Below, in pieces: positions 63,683-64,000 of a DNA stretch of 64,000 nt (positions within the stretch are counted from its first letter, which is position 1; every line of letters begins with the position of its first letter). Origin of the DNA: Eledone cirrhosa (lineage: Eukaryota); the NCBI GenBank assembly GCA_964016885.1, contig OZ024741.1, forward strand, positions 55,862,001 through 55,926,000, given 5' to 3'. Made by a program: the position numbers and the translations under genes. The notes below the pieces were generated by a model. The model did no database searches. It was given only the letters and a program-made list of their open reading frames with translations, and had not been told where the DNA came from.

Positions 63683-64000
63683 CTTGGGCGATAAAATCAG
63701 CAGTGGGGGAGGGTGCTCTGAAAGTACTGTAGCTAGAGTCAGAACTGGTTGGAAAAAGTTCAGAGAGCTTATACCACTATTAGCTGCTAAAGGGTTCTCC
63801 CTAAAAATGAAAGGCAGGTTGTACGATGCCTGCATACGAACAGCAATGTTGCATGGCAGTGAGACCTGGGCATTGTGTGCAGAGGATATACGCAGACTAG
63901 AGAGGAACGAAGCTTGCATGCTCCGCTGGATGTGTAACAGTAATATACGTGAACGGCAAAGCATAAACGAACTAAGGAAAAAATTAGAGATAAGAGGGAT
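63683..64000 (+). mobile_element. RTE LINE copy running off the window
   Basis: LGDKISSGGGCSESTVARVRTGWKKF. Confidence 0.88.

Overview
AT-rich, microsatellite-dense eukaryotic (animal) DNA; the SINE/LINE repertoire suggests a mollusc, probably an octopus-like cephalopod (inference). One host gene is well supported: the last five coding exons of bifunctional CoA synthase (COASY, dephospho-CoA kinase domain) on the minus strand at 57518-36305. The rest is mostly mobile DNA: RTE, L1/Tx1, CR1, R4 and CRE-like LINE remnants, Penelope-like (Naiad-type) elements with several minimal hammerhead ribozymes, two SINE families, non-autonomous Helitrons, a DD37D Tc1/mariner (maT) element, MITEs and minisatellites. 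The standout is an endogenous rhabdovirus-like element at 24806-26148. It holds an ACG-initiated ~52-nt leader, an AACAC gene start, a near full-length nucleoprotein (N) gene with one frameshift and one stop, and a gene-end A-run. It is bracketed by two 171-bp TG...CA direct repeats (3 mismatches). Other oddities: a 63-bp piece of a LINE RT gene amplified about 70 times, giving a 1524-aa antisense ORF, and a Helitron inserted exactly in a hammerhead cleavage triplet. All calls are by eye, with no database search.
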